The position numbers were made by a program, and so were the translations under genes. The notes under the pieces are model-generated. The model was not told the origin of the DNA. It worked only from the letters and a program-made list of their open reading frames with translations, and searched no databases. 64,000 bases of DNA from a virus: positions 1 to 64,000 of IMG/VR virus record IMGVR_UViG_3300049432_000156; one strand, given 5' to 3'. Below are positions 46,918 through 56,661 of the stretch, piece after piece. How positions within the stretch are numbered: position 1 is the first letter of the stretch; every line of letters starts with the position of its first letter.

Positions 46918-48504
46918 TTATGACCTTACGGTTTGAAAGAGCCGCCCCAAAATAACATCTGCTTCGCCTGGGGCCGGTTTACCATCGGTTCCGGTGGCTG
47001 TTTTCACGCTGGCTTTTGACGTGGCCTCCGGGGAAACGATTGTCTCCTTTGTTTTTGCGGGTGTAACCGGCTTCTTATCATCTTTGCCGGGTGCCGATTT
47101 GGCCGCGTCGATCTTCTTGTAACCGAGCCGTTCGGCGGTTGCATTGAACTTTTCGACCTCAGTATCGCGGATTTTTTTGGCCTGATGCGCGTATTTCTGC
47201 GCGAGCAGATTGATGATGTCGTCCTGATCGAGGAACCAGTAGCCGGGCTTTTCATCGGCAGGCAGGTTCCGGTAAGCTAGTCGGCCGATGAACCGTTTCC
47301 CGTCGCGCGCGCGATCCTCGGCAGGCATCCGGGCAATGCGCTGTTCCTGTTCGAGGATGAAATCGGCGATCTCTTTGTGGGCGCCGTTGCGCGCGTCGAA
47401 TTCAACACCGGCGTTCGGGTCGTGGAGCCGGACGATCTCAGCGCTCAGGGCGAACAACACCCCGGCGGTGTGGTTCAGGATGCCGGCTGTGATCGGGTCT
47501 TTCTCGGCCAGAGCCTTCGCGCCATCGGGTTTGTTGAGTTCAGCGGCGACTTCGGGATCGAATTCATTGAGCAACATCCCGACGGATTCGAGCTGCTTCT
47601 GTCGAACGAACGGTTCCAGATTCGCCCGGGCACGGTCTTTCTCCATCTGTTGAAGCTTTTCGTTCATCGGCTTCACCGCTTGCGCGGAGATGTCGCGTGC
47701 GCGCAGATTCACCTTGGCATCCACCCAATCGTCTTCGTCCACTTCCGGTTCGATCCGCGCGAAGAATTCGTTGTGTTCCTCGGCGTCGGGATTGAATTTC
47801 TGGCCCGGATTCTCCTTCGCCCAGGTCTTCGTGTACTCTTGGATGTCGGTGAGCGACTTCAGATATTTGGACGTTACGCCCTTGTAACGGTCGGGCTGCG
47901 AGGCTTCGAGTTCCTGATAAACGTCGAATTGCCGGCGTTCGGCGGAGGAAAGGGCTTCACGTGGGTCTGTAGGCTTGACGACGGCGGGCGAGGCTTCCTG
48001 CCTGAGCATTTTGGAAACGGCATTGGTCGCGGCCTCGGCAGCGGCAGCCGCGGCGCGCTCGGTGATCTCGTTTCGATCCGCACCCCGCGCTCGTGCTCGG
48101 GGTGAACTTGTTTTGTCGTCAACCTTCGGTTTGACCAATGCCGTTTCTTCTGCTGGTTTCTCCGCTGTTTTCTCTGCTGGCTTTTCCTCCTTGGGTTTGC
48201 GAGATTTGAACAACTTCTCGGCAATGCCTTCCCCGGCTTTCTTGAACGCTTCCTGCTCGGCGGCTTCGCGTTCCTCCCGGGACTTCTTTTCTTCCGGCTT
48301 CTCTTCGGGCTTCGGGGGTTCCTCCGCCTTCTCCTTTTTCTCCGGCTTCTTTCCGTCATCCTCCGCGATGGGCGGCAGTTCACGGCCTTTGATGACCGGC
48401 GCGTCGGACATGTCCATCTGGCCGGCGAGGGATTCGAGCAGCGTAGGGGTTTTCCCTAGGTCTTGGGCGGGCGCGTTTGCTGGAGGATTAGCGATTTCTG
48501 GCAT
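46918..48504 (-). CDS. putative scaffolding protein
   Basis: E/K/P-rich low complexity, coiled coil; directly upstream of capsid. Confidence 0.6.
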   Translation of the reverse strand: MPEIANPPANAPAQDLGKTPTLLESLAGQMDMSDAPVIKGRELPPIAEDDGKKPEKKEKAEEPPKPEEKPEEKKSREEREAAEQEAFKKAGEGIAEKLFKSRKPKEEKPAEKTAEKPAEETALVKPKVDDKTSSPRARARGADRNEITERAAAAAAEAATNAVSKMLRQEASPAVVKPTDPREALSSAERRQFDVYQELEASQPDRYKGVTSKYLKSLTDIQEYTKTWAKENPGQKFNPDAEEHNEFFARIEPEVDEDDWVDAKVNLRARDISAQAVKPMNEKLQQMEKDRARANLEPFVRQKQLESVGMLLNEFDPEVAAELNKPDGAKALAEKDPITAGILNHTAGVLFALSAEIVRLHDPNAGVEFDARNGAHKEIADFILEQEQRIARMPAEDRARDGKRFIGRLAYRNLPADEKPGYWFLDQDDIINLLAQKYAHQAKKIRDTEVEKFNATAERLGYKKIDAAKSAPGKDDKKPVTPAKTKETIVSPEATSKASVKTATGTDGKPAPGEADVILGRLFQTVRS

Positions 48505-48607
48505 AGGTCATGCGGCTTTCCGAGACATCAGCAAATCATAGAAACTGGACGGCTCGACTTTGCATAAGCCAAATTCGATTTTTGCCGCGATCATTGCTTC
48601 ACATTCA

Positions 48608-48853
48608 TCAGTGATTCATCCAGCAAACAGATTTATCAAATGGCGGTGCGTTCTTCAGCAAAGCTTTGATCCGGTTGGCCGAAGGGCTGTCTTCCTTGAT
48701 GCCAATGTATATCCCGCCATTCGTGATGAAGCCGCAATCGGAAATCGCGATGATGTCAGCGTCATCGACCAGTGTTGGCGACGGCTTTGGCCGTGGAACC
48801 GACGCGATTCCGAGAAACGCCAAGATGTTTTTCAGGAATAAGAATCGGTTCAC
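48608..48853 (-). CDS. small protein with signal-like N-terminus
   Basis: MNRFLFLKNILAFLGIASV; coupled to upstream gene. Confidence 0.5.
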   Translation of the reverse strand: MNRFLFLKNILAFLGIASVPRPKPSPTLVDDADIIAISDCGFITNGGIYIGIKEDSPSANRIKALLKNAPPFDKSVCWMNH

Positions 48854-49131
48854 AACTCGATCCTATTGATGAACGGCCCGTCAGGGAAGAAGCTTTTCAG
48901 CACCTTCACGGTGGTCTCGAACTCGGCCGCTTCGCTGAGCTTTTCCTCGGCAGCGGCGGCATAGTTCGGATTGTCGTTGTCGGCCTTGGCCTTAGTCCGG
49001 AGTTCGATGGATTCCACCATTGCCATCTTCGCCCGCTTCTCAAGGCAGGTGAGCAGGTCGCCGGCTTCGGGTTTGAGGAACCAGTTGTTCAGCGCGTTGA
49101 CGCGGGCGGGTTCCAGTTCGATCAGGTTCAT
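48850..49131 (-). CDS. hypothetical protein
   Basis: Helical 93 aa between portal and scaffold. Confidence 0.7.
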   Translation of the reverse strand: MNLIELEPARVNALNNWFLKPEAGDLLTCLEKRAKMAMVESIELRTKAKADNDNPNYAAAAEEKLSEAAEFETTVKVLKSFFPDGPFINRIEL

Positions 49132-49132
49132 C

Positions 49133-49669
49133 TCAGTAGCCTAGCACGCGAATCCGTTCGCGGGTGGATTCGTTCCTGTATTCTCCGGTTTCCCAATCTT
49201 TCAGTAAATCTTCCACAATCAGCCGGTTGGACGGATGCAGCAATATCTTGTCCTTGTTCTTCGCATACCAATCGCAGACTTCAATCTTGCCGGTGATCGC
49301 GCGTCCAGCCCCGACCCAATCAGCGACCATCTCTCTAATGCAAATGACCGGCATCATGAGCGGTCTGTGGCGCGGTTCATCGGAGTCGGTCACAAGAAGG
49401 AAATGCTGCCAGTGGTGATCACAGGATTTCTGGTGATGATTCCATGCGTCATCGAATTGATTGGTCTCGACAGAATCGCGCGTCTTCCAGTCCCGCCTGC
49501 TGCCATCCTCGTTGTAGAACGATTGGGCGTATGGAAACCACTCTCGCGGTAAAAACTTCTGCCAGTCATGCTTGATTGCACGCCACCAGAGGCCGTAGCG
49601 CAAACAAGCCAGGCCGACGTACAGCTTGTGTTTGACCACGTATCGGAGGTAGGCGAGATGGCGTTTCAC
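49133..49669 (-). CDS. DUF5662-like HD-domain protein
   Basis: HK, HDWQKF, WNHH..DHHWQH, MP..IREMVADW. Confidence 0.75.
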   Translation of the reverse strand: MKRHLAYLRYVVKHKLYVGLACLRYGLWWRAIKHDWQKFLPREWFPYAQSFYNEDGSRRDWKTRDSVETNQFDDAWNHHQKSCDHHWQHFLLVTDSDEPRHRPLMMPVICIREMVADWVGAGRAITGKIEVCDWYAKNKDKILLHPSNRLIVEDLLKDWETGEYRNESTRERIRVLGY

Positions 49670-52158
49670 GCTGGCACCATTGGCTGAGCTACTGGCTGCG
49701 GTTGTGGCGGCGGCTGTGCGCCCTGCATGGCGACTTGGAGCACCTGCATGAGCTTCTGGATCGCTTGGTCCTGCTCAGCGTCGTGTTGGCCGATGCCTTC
49801 AAATGCCTTCTGCACTCCGGCCTGCATTTGCGGAATGGCTTGGCCGAGTTGAGCCATCTGCTCCGCGAGCTGCGGAATGGCCTGCCCGCTCATCTGCGCG
49901 GCCTTGCCGAGTTCCTGGACCTGTTGCGCGATTTGTTGGAGTCCTTGCGCCAATGGCTGCGTCGCTGCCCCTACAGTTTCTTGCATTTCCTTTTCGAGCA
50001 CGGTCTTGAGTTGGGCTAACATGCCACCGACTTCTTCCTGGGCTTTGGCATTCTGCTCTTCCGCGCTCGCGCCGGGCATGGTTTCCAGCTTGAATTCCTT
50101 GAAGAAACCCCCGAGCGCGACCACCTGATTGATGAGCTTCACAGACTGCGCCGGGCCGATGGCTTGGAAGATCAGCGGGTTTGAAAAAACCACCTGGAGC
50201 AATTGCACCATCGCATTGGCAATCGCCACGTTGTTGATGCGGTCCCCTGAATCCCGCGTGCTGGAAAAGCTCTCATAGAGCAGCGCCGTCTTCGATCCCT
50301 TCACCAGAGTCTTCGTGTTCTTGCCGGCGTCACCTTCTTCTTCGACCGTGAACCCCAAATCTTCCAGGGTCTTCTTCACGTCTTCGGCAACGACCGTTTC
50401 AATCTGGGCGTACATCTCGTCTTCGCCGTAGGCCATGAGCGCGTCGTAAAGCTGCTTCTTCCAGGCCAGGTCCGCGTCATCGTCGTAGGACGCGGTGAAG
50501 TTGAGCCGGTTGGATGTCGAACTCTGGATGACCCGCGTTTCCTCGGCGGTCTGTTCGTGCGCCGCCGCCGCGCCGATCTCCTGCGATGACATGACCAGGA
50601 TGCGTTCCATCATATCCAGGAGCGTCCGGATGCCGTTCAGGATCGCCGTCGTGTCCAGGCGCGGGAAACTTACCGGGATGAACGCTTCCTTGATGTCCTT
50701 GCCGGCGAACGCTGCTGATTTTGCCGAGAACGGAATGAAGCTCATCTCGACGTAGAGCTTTTGCCCCAGGTTCTTGAGCTTGTCCATCGTGCCCTTGCCG
50801 ACAGCGTCCTCGTTGACGAATGCCGCGGCGATCAGGTTCTGTTTGATCGTAAGAATTTGCTGCGAGATGAGATTGCCGATGTGATCCTGGAACGGCAGGG
50901 TTTCAAGGACTAATGACGAGTTCAATTCCCGTTCCTCGTGCGCGTCGTATCCCCGGTAAACCACCGGGTTGTACGCCAGCGGCTCGGCGTAGATGACCGT
51001 GGATTCGTTGACGACCACGAACCGGAACCAGACCGGGTGCGGATAATCTCCAAAGCCGTATTTCTCGGGGACCAACTTCATGAAAAGCTGGGTCATCGTG
51101 ACGGCCTTGTCGGTCTCTTCGGCGGCATAGAACCCGGCGGCGGATTCCCGGTCCATCGCCCCGGCCCCAGCGGTCGGCGCATTGCCAGTGTTACCGCTCG
51201 TTGCATTCGGCGTGCGGTTCGCTTGATTCGGGAACTTGCAGACGCACGGGTACAGCGTCGAGAAGAACGTCGGGCTGTGCGTCATCCAATCCGTGCCGTA
51301 GGTGATCCTGTCCGTGTTCCAATAGGCGTCGTTGTCCTTCACGTCGCCATACCGCTGGACCTGCCAGTAGAAACCCCAGGAACAACCGGTGTCGGTGTTG
51401 AATGTGCCCAGCCGATAATTGAGATCCCACGCGACCCGGGACGGATGCGGCAGATTGTATCGAAGCCCTTCCTTGACGACTTTGGTTTCCTCTTTGCCGT
51501 CCTTGCCCTCATGGATTTGCTTCTCGGTGTGCCAGCATTCGGCCGGGAACATCAGGCAGGTGCCGTAGATGTTCTTGTTCAGAATCGCCTGGCGCATGAT
51601 CGAGACGTACCCGTATTGACTGGTCATTCCTTGGACCCGGTCGGTGATGATTTCGCAGCGCGTTTTGTTCTTCAGCGTAAGCCGGGCCGGTTCGTACTTG
51701 AACGTGGGATACACGTTCCGCTGATTGAAGATCGTGGCACTCCGGATGATCGCATACGCCTTGGCCACCGGAACCGTCACCTCGAAGAAGGCCGGCAGGT
51801 CGATTGTCTTCGTGACCTTCCCGTGCGCGTCGGTCTGTTCCCTGATCAGATGGGTCAACCCCCAGTCTTGGGATGCCTTCAGGACGCCGGCATCGTCCAT
51901 CTTGGCGGACAGAAGGGATTTCGCGAGAGTCGGAGAAATTTGTTTAAAAGGTGCGTCGAATGCTTGATCGATTGCCCACCAGTGCCGGCTCTCGCGCAGA
52001 CTTTTACTGATTCCTTCGCCGATCCTGGACTTGATCAGGTTGATGAGCGCCCTGGTCTTTTCGTCCTTGGCCAACGCCGCCTCGTCTTGCGTGAACTTCT
52101 TTTTCAAGGCTTCGACGGTCACGCCGTGAGCTTTAAGAACTTGGGGGTCGAGACTCAT
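49666..52158 (-). CDS. probable portal protein
   Basis: 830 aa, first large gene of head operon; QTAEETR motif; long Gln-rich C-terminal coiled coil. Confidence 0.7.
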   Translation of the reverse strand: MSLDPQVLKAHGVTVEALKKKFTQDEAALAKDEKTRALINLIKSRIGEGISKSLRESRHWWAIDQAFDAPFKQISPTLAKSLLSAKMDDAGVLKASQDWGLTHLIREQTDAHGKVTKTIDLPAFFEVTVPVAKAYAIIRSATIFNQRNVYPTFKYEPARLTLKNKTRCEIITDRVQGMTSQYGYVSIMRQAILNKNIYGTCLMFPAECWHTEKQIHEGKDGKEETKVVKEGLRYNLPHPSRVAWDLNYRLGTFNTDTGCSWGFYWQVQRYGDVKDNDAYWNTDRITYGTDWMTHSPTFFSTLYPCVCKFPNQANRTPNATSGNTGNAPTAGAGAMDRESAAGFYAAEETDKAVTMTQLFMKLVPEKYGFGDYPHPVWFRFVVVNESTVIYAEPLAYNPVVYRGYDAHEERELNSSLVLETLPFQDHIGNLISQQILTIKQNLIAAAFVNEDAVGKGTMDKLKNLGQKLYVEMSFIPFSAKSAAFAGKDIKEAFIPVSFPRLDTTAILNGIRTLLDMMERILVMSSQEIGAAAAHEQTAEETRVIQSSTSNRLNFTASYDDDADLAWKKQLYDALMAYGEDEMYAQIETVVAEDVKKTLEDLGFTVEEEGDAGKNTKTLVKGSKTALLYESFSSTRDSGDRINNVAIANAMVQLLQVVFSNPLIFQAIGPAQSVKLINQVVALGGFFKEFKLETMPGASAEEQNAKAQEEVGGMLAQLKTVLEKEMQETVGAATQPLAQGLQQIAQQVQELGKAAQMSGQAIPQLAEQMAQLGQAIPQMQAGVQKAFEGIGQHDAEQDQAIQKLMQVLQVAMQGAQPPPQPQPVAQPMVPA

Positions 52159-52454
52159 TCGCTTAGAATCATCTTGCCCTTGAGCAGTGCCTGGTAACGC
52201 CGGTTGTCATTCTGCTTTTTGAGATCGCGTTCAGCGACTTTCGCGTAGAGTTTGATGACGCAAATTACCGGCCTCGTGATTCCGTGGCAATCAATCGTTT
52301 GCGGCAGGGTTTCGACAATGTCGCACAGGCTGTACACCGTCCCGTTCGCGCTGCTCTTGAGCTTCAGGTTCTTCCCGGCAATGACGAAGGCGTAGGTGTA
52401 ATCTTCTTTCGGTCCCTGCCGCTGGATTTTGACGAGAATGTTCCGGCGCGGCAT
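52155..52454 (-). CDS. hypothetical protein
   Basis: Coupled both sides. Confidence 0.6.
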   Translation of the reverse strand: MPRRNILVKIQRQGPKEDYTYAFVIAGKNLKLKSSANGTVYSLCDIVETLPQTIDCHGITRPVICVIKLYAKVAERDLKKQNDNRRYQALLKGKMILSE

Positions 52455-52798
52455 CAGGAATACCGGAGGGCCTTCGACGGTTTCTTCGGCGCTTCTTCGG
52501 CGGGTTCCTCTTCAGCGTCTTCGTCATCCTCGGCCCCGCCATCAGCCGGGGCGAAGTCGTCCATGCTCAGAACGTCGAATTCCAGACGTTCGCCATATTC
52601 GTCGACCGACATGCCCTTCACCCGGAGCCGCACGGTAGCGGTGTAAACATCATCCAGCTCGCATTCGTGGTCGCCCTTGACCTTGGCAACGTTCCCGTCG
52701 CGCAACGTCAGATCGGGGAACCACTCTTTCTTCTCAGCACTCTCGCCTTCCGGCAACGTCATCGGCGATTCTTTGTCGGTGTAGCCAAGATCGGCCAT
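52454..52798 (-). CDS. acidic hypothetical protein
   Basis: 114 aa, D/E-rich. Confidence 0.7.
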   Translation of the reverse strand: MADLGYTDKESPMTLPEGESAEKKEWFPDLTLRDGNVAKVKGDHECELDDVYTATVRLRVKGMSVDEYGERLEFDVLSMDDFAPADGGAEDDEDAEEEPAEEAPKKPSKALRYS

Positions 52799-52829
52799 GC
52801 CGCGAACGTCCTACCGTTCACGATGGGCG

Positions 52830-53624
52830 TCAATGAGATTCTAGATGCCTGATGCGAGCTTCGCACTGGCGTCTCTGTCGCTGAGAGATGACAAGTTTGG
52901 CGCGAGTCTCAGCGGAAAGAGTTCTTCCCAATTTCGCTGCTCGCATTTTTGCGACGGTTTCCGGGCCGTGCTTTTTGCCAAAGAACCCGTTCTTATCGCC
53001 CTTGTTTGCGATGCTCATTCTGGCGCGAGTCTCATCAGAAGGCGGCTTTCTGTTCTTTCCAGCTATCCTCATGTTTTCCCGGGCCGTGTCTGACATTTTT
53101 CTGCCAAGGTTTATTTTTCTTAGAAGTTCTCGAACACGTGGACGCATCGGATTTCCGGGCTTCCCTTTTCTCGCCACGCTCAGTTTAGCTATAGTCTCCG
53201 GGGTGACACTATGCCCCATCAACTTTGCGCGAATCCTGGATCGCATTTCTGGTGTGCGCGGCTTTCCAAATAGTGGATTGTCTTCTCCGGAGCCAAGCCC
53301 CTCGCCTCCGGGAGTTGCATTCGTCAGATCACACCCTTCTTCCCTGAAGAATATGATATAGGCAGCTTCTGCCGCCTGCCAATCATGGACACAAACCTTG
53401 TCGATGATTTGAAGAATTGGACGCAATCCTTTCGCGACGAGGGATCGAATCCAACGCGCTCTGTAGGTATTTTCGGATGCGCTCGTTCTGATGTGCAGTC
53501 CAAGTCTAGCCGCAGGTTTGTCGGTTTTTCCGATGTACCGAATTTCCCGCGTTCGCGGATCAACCAGAGCATAGATAAAAGTTGTCGGGGCGTCCTTTTT
53601 AGCGATAGGTTCTATGGCAGACAT
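52830..53624 (-). CDS. GIY-YIG homing endonuclease with NUMOD3 repeats
   Basis: FIYAL..IRYIGKT..R..H..E..LTN.TPGGEG; repeated SxETRAKxS; FFGKKH. Confidence 0.9.
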   Translation of the reverse strand: MSAIEPIAKKDAPTTFIYALVDPRTREIRYIGKTDKPAARLGLHIRTSASENTYRARWIRSLVAKGLRPILQIIDKVCVHDWQAAEAAYIIFFREEGCDLTNATPGGEGLGSGEDNPLFGKPRTPEMRSRIRAKLMGHSVTPETIAKLSVARKGKPGNPMRPRVRELLRKINLGRKMSDTARENMRIAGKNRKPPSDETRARMSIANKGDKNGFFGKKHGPETVAKMRAAKLGRTLSAETRAKLVISQRQRRQCEARIRHLESH

Positions 53625-53663
53625 GCGTTGGTCTTTCAGGTTTCAACGTTTTGTTAGCGGCGG

Positions 53664-55247
53664 ATGCCGGAGTCGCGTCCAGCATCCGCCGTGATTGTTC
53701 ACACCATCGCTTCTGATGACAAGCTCAAACCACTCGTGATTGATCCAGCAACAGGAACTTGGTGCCCCGACCTCGCCCCGAAACAGGCGTTCCTGTTCAA
53801 CTCGTACTTCAAATTTATTCTCGCTAGCGGTCCCGTGCGCAGCGGGAAAACCATTGCATGTGCCCATCGCATCCTTAGACACGCGTGGGAGACGGAGAGC
53901 GCACGAATCGGCATCTTCGCGCGCACCGTGAAGTCAGCGTTTGCTGGCGGTGTTTGGTCTGACCTCGTCGAACTGGTTCTTCCAATCTGGCTCAAGGCCA
54001 ACATGGGGATGCGGATTACGAAGGGACCGAAGGTGGATGGCTCGACACGCCTGCATCACCTTCGATTGAGCAACATGTACGGCGGTGAATCAGAGATTCA
54101 ACTTCGCTCACTTGATTTCGATGGCGATATTGAAAGCGTGATTAAATCGGCGCGTTTTTCTTGCTTTTGGTTCAGTGAGTTGTCGAATTTCAAGAGCAGG
54201 ATCGTCTTTGATACGACCACTGAACGACTAAGGATGCCTCATTTGCGCGAGGACGCGCATCTCTGGATTTCGGACACAAATCCGGCCGATGAGGGAGAAA
54301 AATTTTGGGCGTACAAATTGTTCTACACCGAACGCCTCGCCGAAGACCATCCTTTTCCTGACTATCAGAAAAAATTTCAAGTCGTGTCTTTCGATTTGTC
54401 GGACAACGTCTGGCTTACTGAATCGGAGCGCAACGAAATCTTCGCCCGCTACGCGCACGACGAGGATCGGCGGAACCGTTACTGTTACGGCAAGTGGACG
54501 ACGCGGACGGAGGAAGGATTATTCAGCGACGTCTTCATGGGCGACACGCACGTTCTTGGGAACGCATCGGCATTCGAGGAGGGCGACTGGGAAGTGATTT
54601 TGCCGACGGAGACCTGCGCGGCGCTGGTGACGGGCTGGGACATTGGCACGTCGAAGAACCACAGCGCGCACATCATCGAACGGATCGGAGCGCCCGGGGA
54701 CAAGAACAGCGTGTTCAACGTGCTGGACGAGGCGGTGTCAGTCGGGGTGATGATCACGATTGAAGATTTCGTGGAAGTGATGCTCGAACGCTGGGAATTC
54801 TGGATGAAGTACATTCGGGAGAACTGCCACGACAAAGCGGTGGAGGCCCGGCATTGGAGCGACACATCGGCCTTCAACACTTTCCGCGCGGCATTGGGCG
54901 GGTTCGATCACACCGTTGTCGCGATGGCGTCGGACGGGAAGTTTTTTTTGAGCGGTGCCCCAAAGTCGCGCGGAAGCGTATTTAAGAGGGTCGATCTCGT
55001 GCGTCGGCTCCTCTTTCAGAACCGGTTGTTCGTTTCCGCGCGCTGCACCGAGACGATCAAAATGCTGGGATCGCTCAAGGCTGGGAAGACGAAGATGGAA
55101 CCGGTTGACCGCGGCACGGGGATGATCCACGTCTTCGATTCCTTGAGTTATGCGCTCTCGTCTGAGCTTGTAAACGAGTTAGCGGAGACTTGGAGCAACA
55201 CGCAAAGCATCGGCCGAGTCGATGGGCTGGTGTCGCTCCGACTCTAA
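53664..55247 (+). CDS. terL: terminase large subunit
   Basis: Walker A SGPVRSGKT, Walker B variant FWFSE, DTNP, DN.WL, GWDIG, HVFDSLSYA; start uncertain. Confidence 0.85.
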   Translation: MPESRPASAVIVHTIASDDKLKPLVIDPATGTWCPDLAPKQAFLFNSYFKFILASGPVRSGKTIACAHRILRHAWETESARIGIFARTVKSAFAGGVWSDLVELVLPIWLKANMGMRITKGPKVDGSTRLHHLRLSNMYGGESEIQLRSLDFDGDIESVIKSARFSCFWFSELSNFKSRIVFDTTTERLRMPHLREDAHLWISDTNPADEGEKFWAYKLFYTERLAEDHPFPDYQKKFQVVSFDLSDNVWLTESERNEIFARYAHDEDRRNRYCYGKWTTRTEEGLFSDVFMGDTHVLGNASAFEEGDWEVILPTETCAALVTGWDIGTSKNHSAHIIERIGAPGDKNSVFNVLDEAVSVGVMITIEDFVEVMLERWEFWMKYIRENCHDKAVEARHWSDTSAFNTFRAALGGFDHTVVAMASDGKFFLSGAPKSRGSVFKRVDLVRRLLFQNRLFVSARCTETIKMLGSLKAGKTKMEPVDRGTGMIHVFDSLSYALSSELVNELAETWSNTQSIGRVDGLVSLRL

Positions 55248-56026
55248 AATTATGGACCTGACCGCGCCCAAGCCCAAGCCCGCACCCGACTCCGTGTTCC
55301 GCTTCACGACGAACGAAGAATGGCGCAAGGCCGTCCTAAAAAATCCCGCGCGCGGTTTGCCCACAAGGGCGCCAGACAGGCGGTGTCGTAAGTCCGTTAG
55401 CCGTTGAAGCCGGCGAGCGAAAACGAAACGGTTGCCCACCGACTCCGCACAGGAACCGCCTGCTTAACCCAGCCCGCGCGCGGAAAGTAAATTGCATCAG
55501 CGCCATCGTCCGCCGTCCGATGGACCGCCCGGCCATTTTGGTTGCCAGTGCGCTGATGCAAATCACACCGACTTCGTCGGGTTGAGCGCAAAATCGTGAG
55601 CTTTTAGAAACGCGACTTCGCCTGGTTGCAGCCAGAGTTGGCGAATATGATACCAGATTTGGTCGCTGCATTTCTGCTCATAAACTCGATTCCTGAGCGC
55701 ACGCACTTCCGCCTCGGTGAGACCTAAGTAAGTTGGCTCATCCATTTTCTTACCGTGTCACCCGTTCGCACGTCGCGCGGCGAATCGGCTCTTTGGCAAC
55801 TGCTGTCGTGTGTCGTTCGTTCAGCCTGAAACCGCCGATTGCACGGTAAGAAATCACACGTCGGGCTTCGCGTATGGCTGTGAGAATACGTCTTTCTGCC
55901 GGCGCTGAAATTCCGCTTCCTCAGTCTCGCTCAATTCCCCGCGTGCTTTCGCCTGACTGATCCACTTCGGTATCGCCCCTGCAAGCCACTCAAGAGTTTG
56001 AAGAGCTAATGCGATTTCTGCTGGTG

Positions 56027-56503
56027 TCATGGGGTTCCTTTCGTTGCGGCGGCAATCTCTGCGAGGTTTGTTATCGCGCTGTTGACCAGCGATTGCAAAG
56101 CGGCCAGTGCGTTCCGAAGCGTCGTCGCATCAGCCGCGCTTCGGCTCTTCTGATAAGCGGTTTTGCTGTCCGTGAGCGCGTTGAGCGCCTTCGGTCCATC
56201 GCGCCGGATTTGTTCAACGGCGACATGGATTTTTGGATTGAGCCGCATCAGAGAATCCTGGTTTTGTTTTTCGAGCCGCATCGCCGCATCGAAAAGGCCA
56301 AGAGCCGTTTCACGGATACTCTCCACGCTTATGACTAAAGGATCGCCCGGAGCCGATGCGTCATAAACTCCCGTCGTGTTGGTTCCGGTTGGCGGCGAGT
56401 ACGTGCCCTTCCCAGCCGCACACCCGCCGCAGCCCACGAACGTCAGGACACACACCGTCCATAAGCCGATCGCCACCGTCAACGGATTCAGGAATCGATT
56501 CAT
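56027..56503 (-). CDS. putative lipoprotein (spanin-like position)
   Basis: Hydrophobic signal ending FVGC/GGC, helical C-terminus. Confidence 0.55.
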   Translation of the reverse strand: MNRFLNPLTVAIGLWTVCVLTFVGCGGCAAGKGTYSPPTGTNTTGVYDASAPGDPLVISVESIRETALGLFDAAMRLEKQNQDSLMRLNPKIHVAVEQIRRDGPKALNALTDSKTAYQKSRSAADATTLRNALAALQSLVNSAITNLAEIAAATKGTP

Positions 56504-56661
56504 GGATCAAGTGTGCGCTTGCTGGTTGTTTGAAGTCAATCCGGCTTTGGCCGCGCGGCGGCGACGGTAAACGGTCGGGCGCAGCATCAGGATAGCCAAT
56601 AACTTCCCGCTGTGCCGCAGCACGTTCTCGCGGCTCTGCGTGTCGTGCATGGCTTTGACGT

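Noticed and set aside
55250-56026. Possible tRNA or ncRNA in the ORF-poor convergent region
   Set aside because: No cloverleaf or recognisable structured RNA could be supported by eye; short ORFs there were too weak to call.
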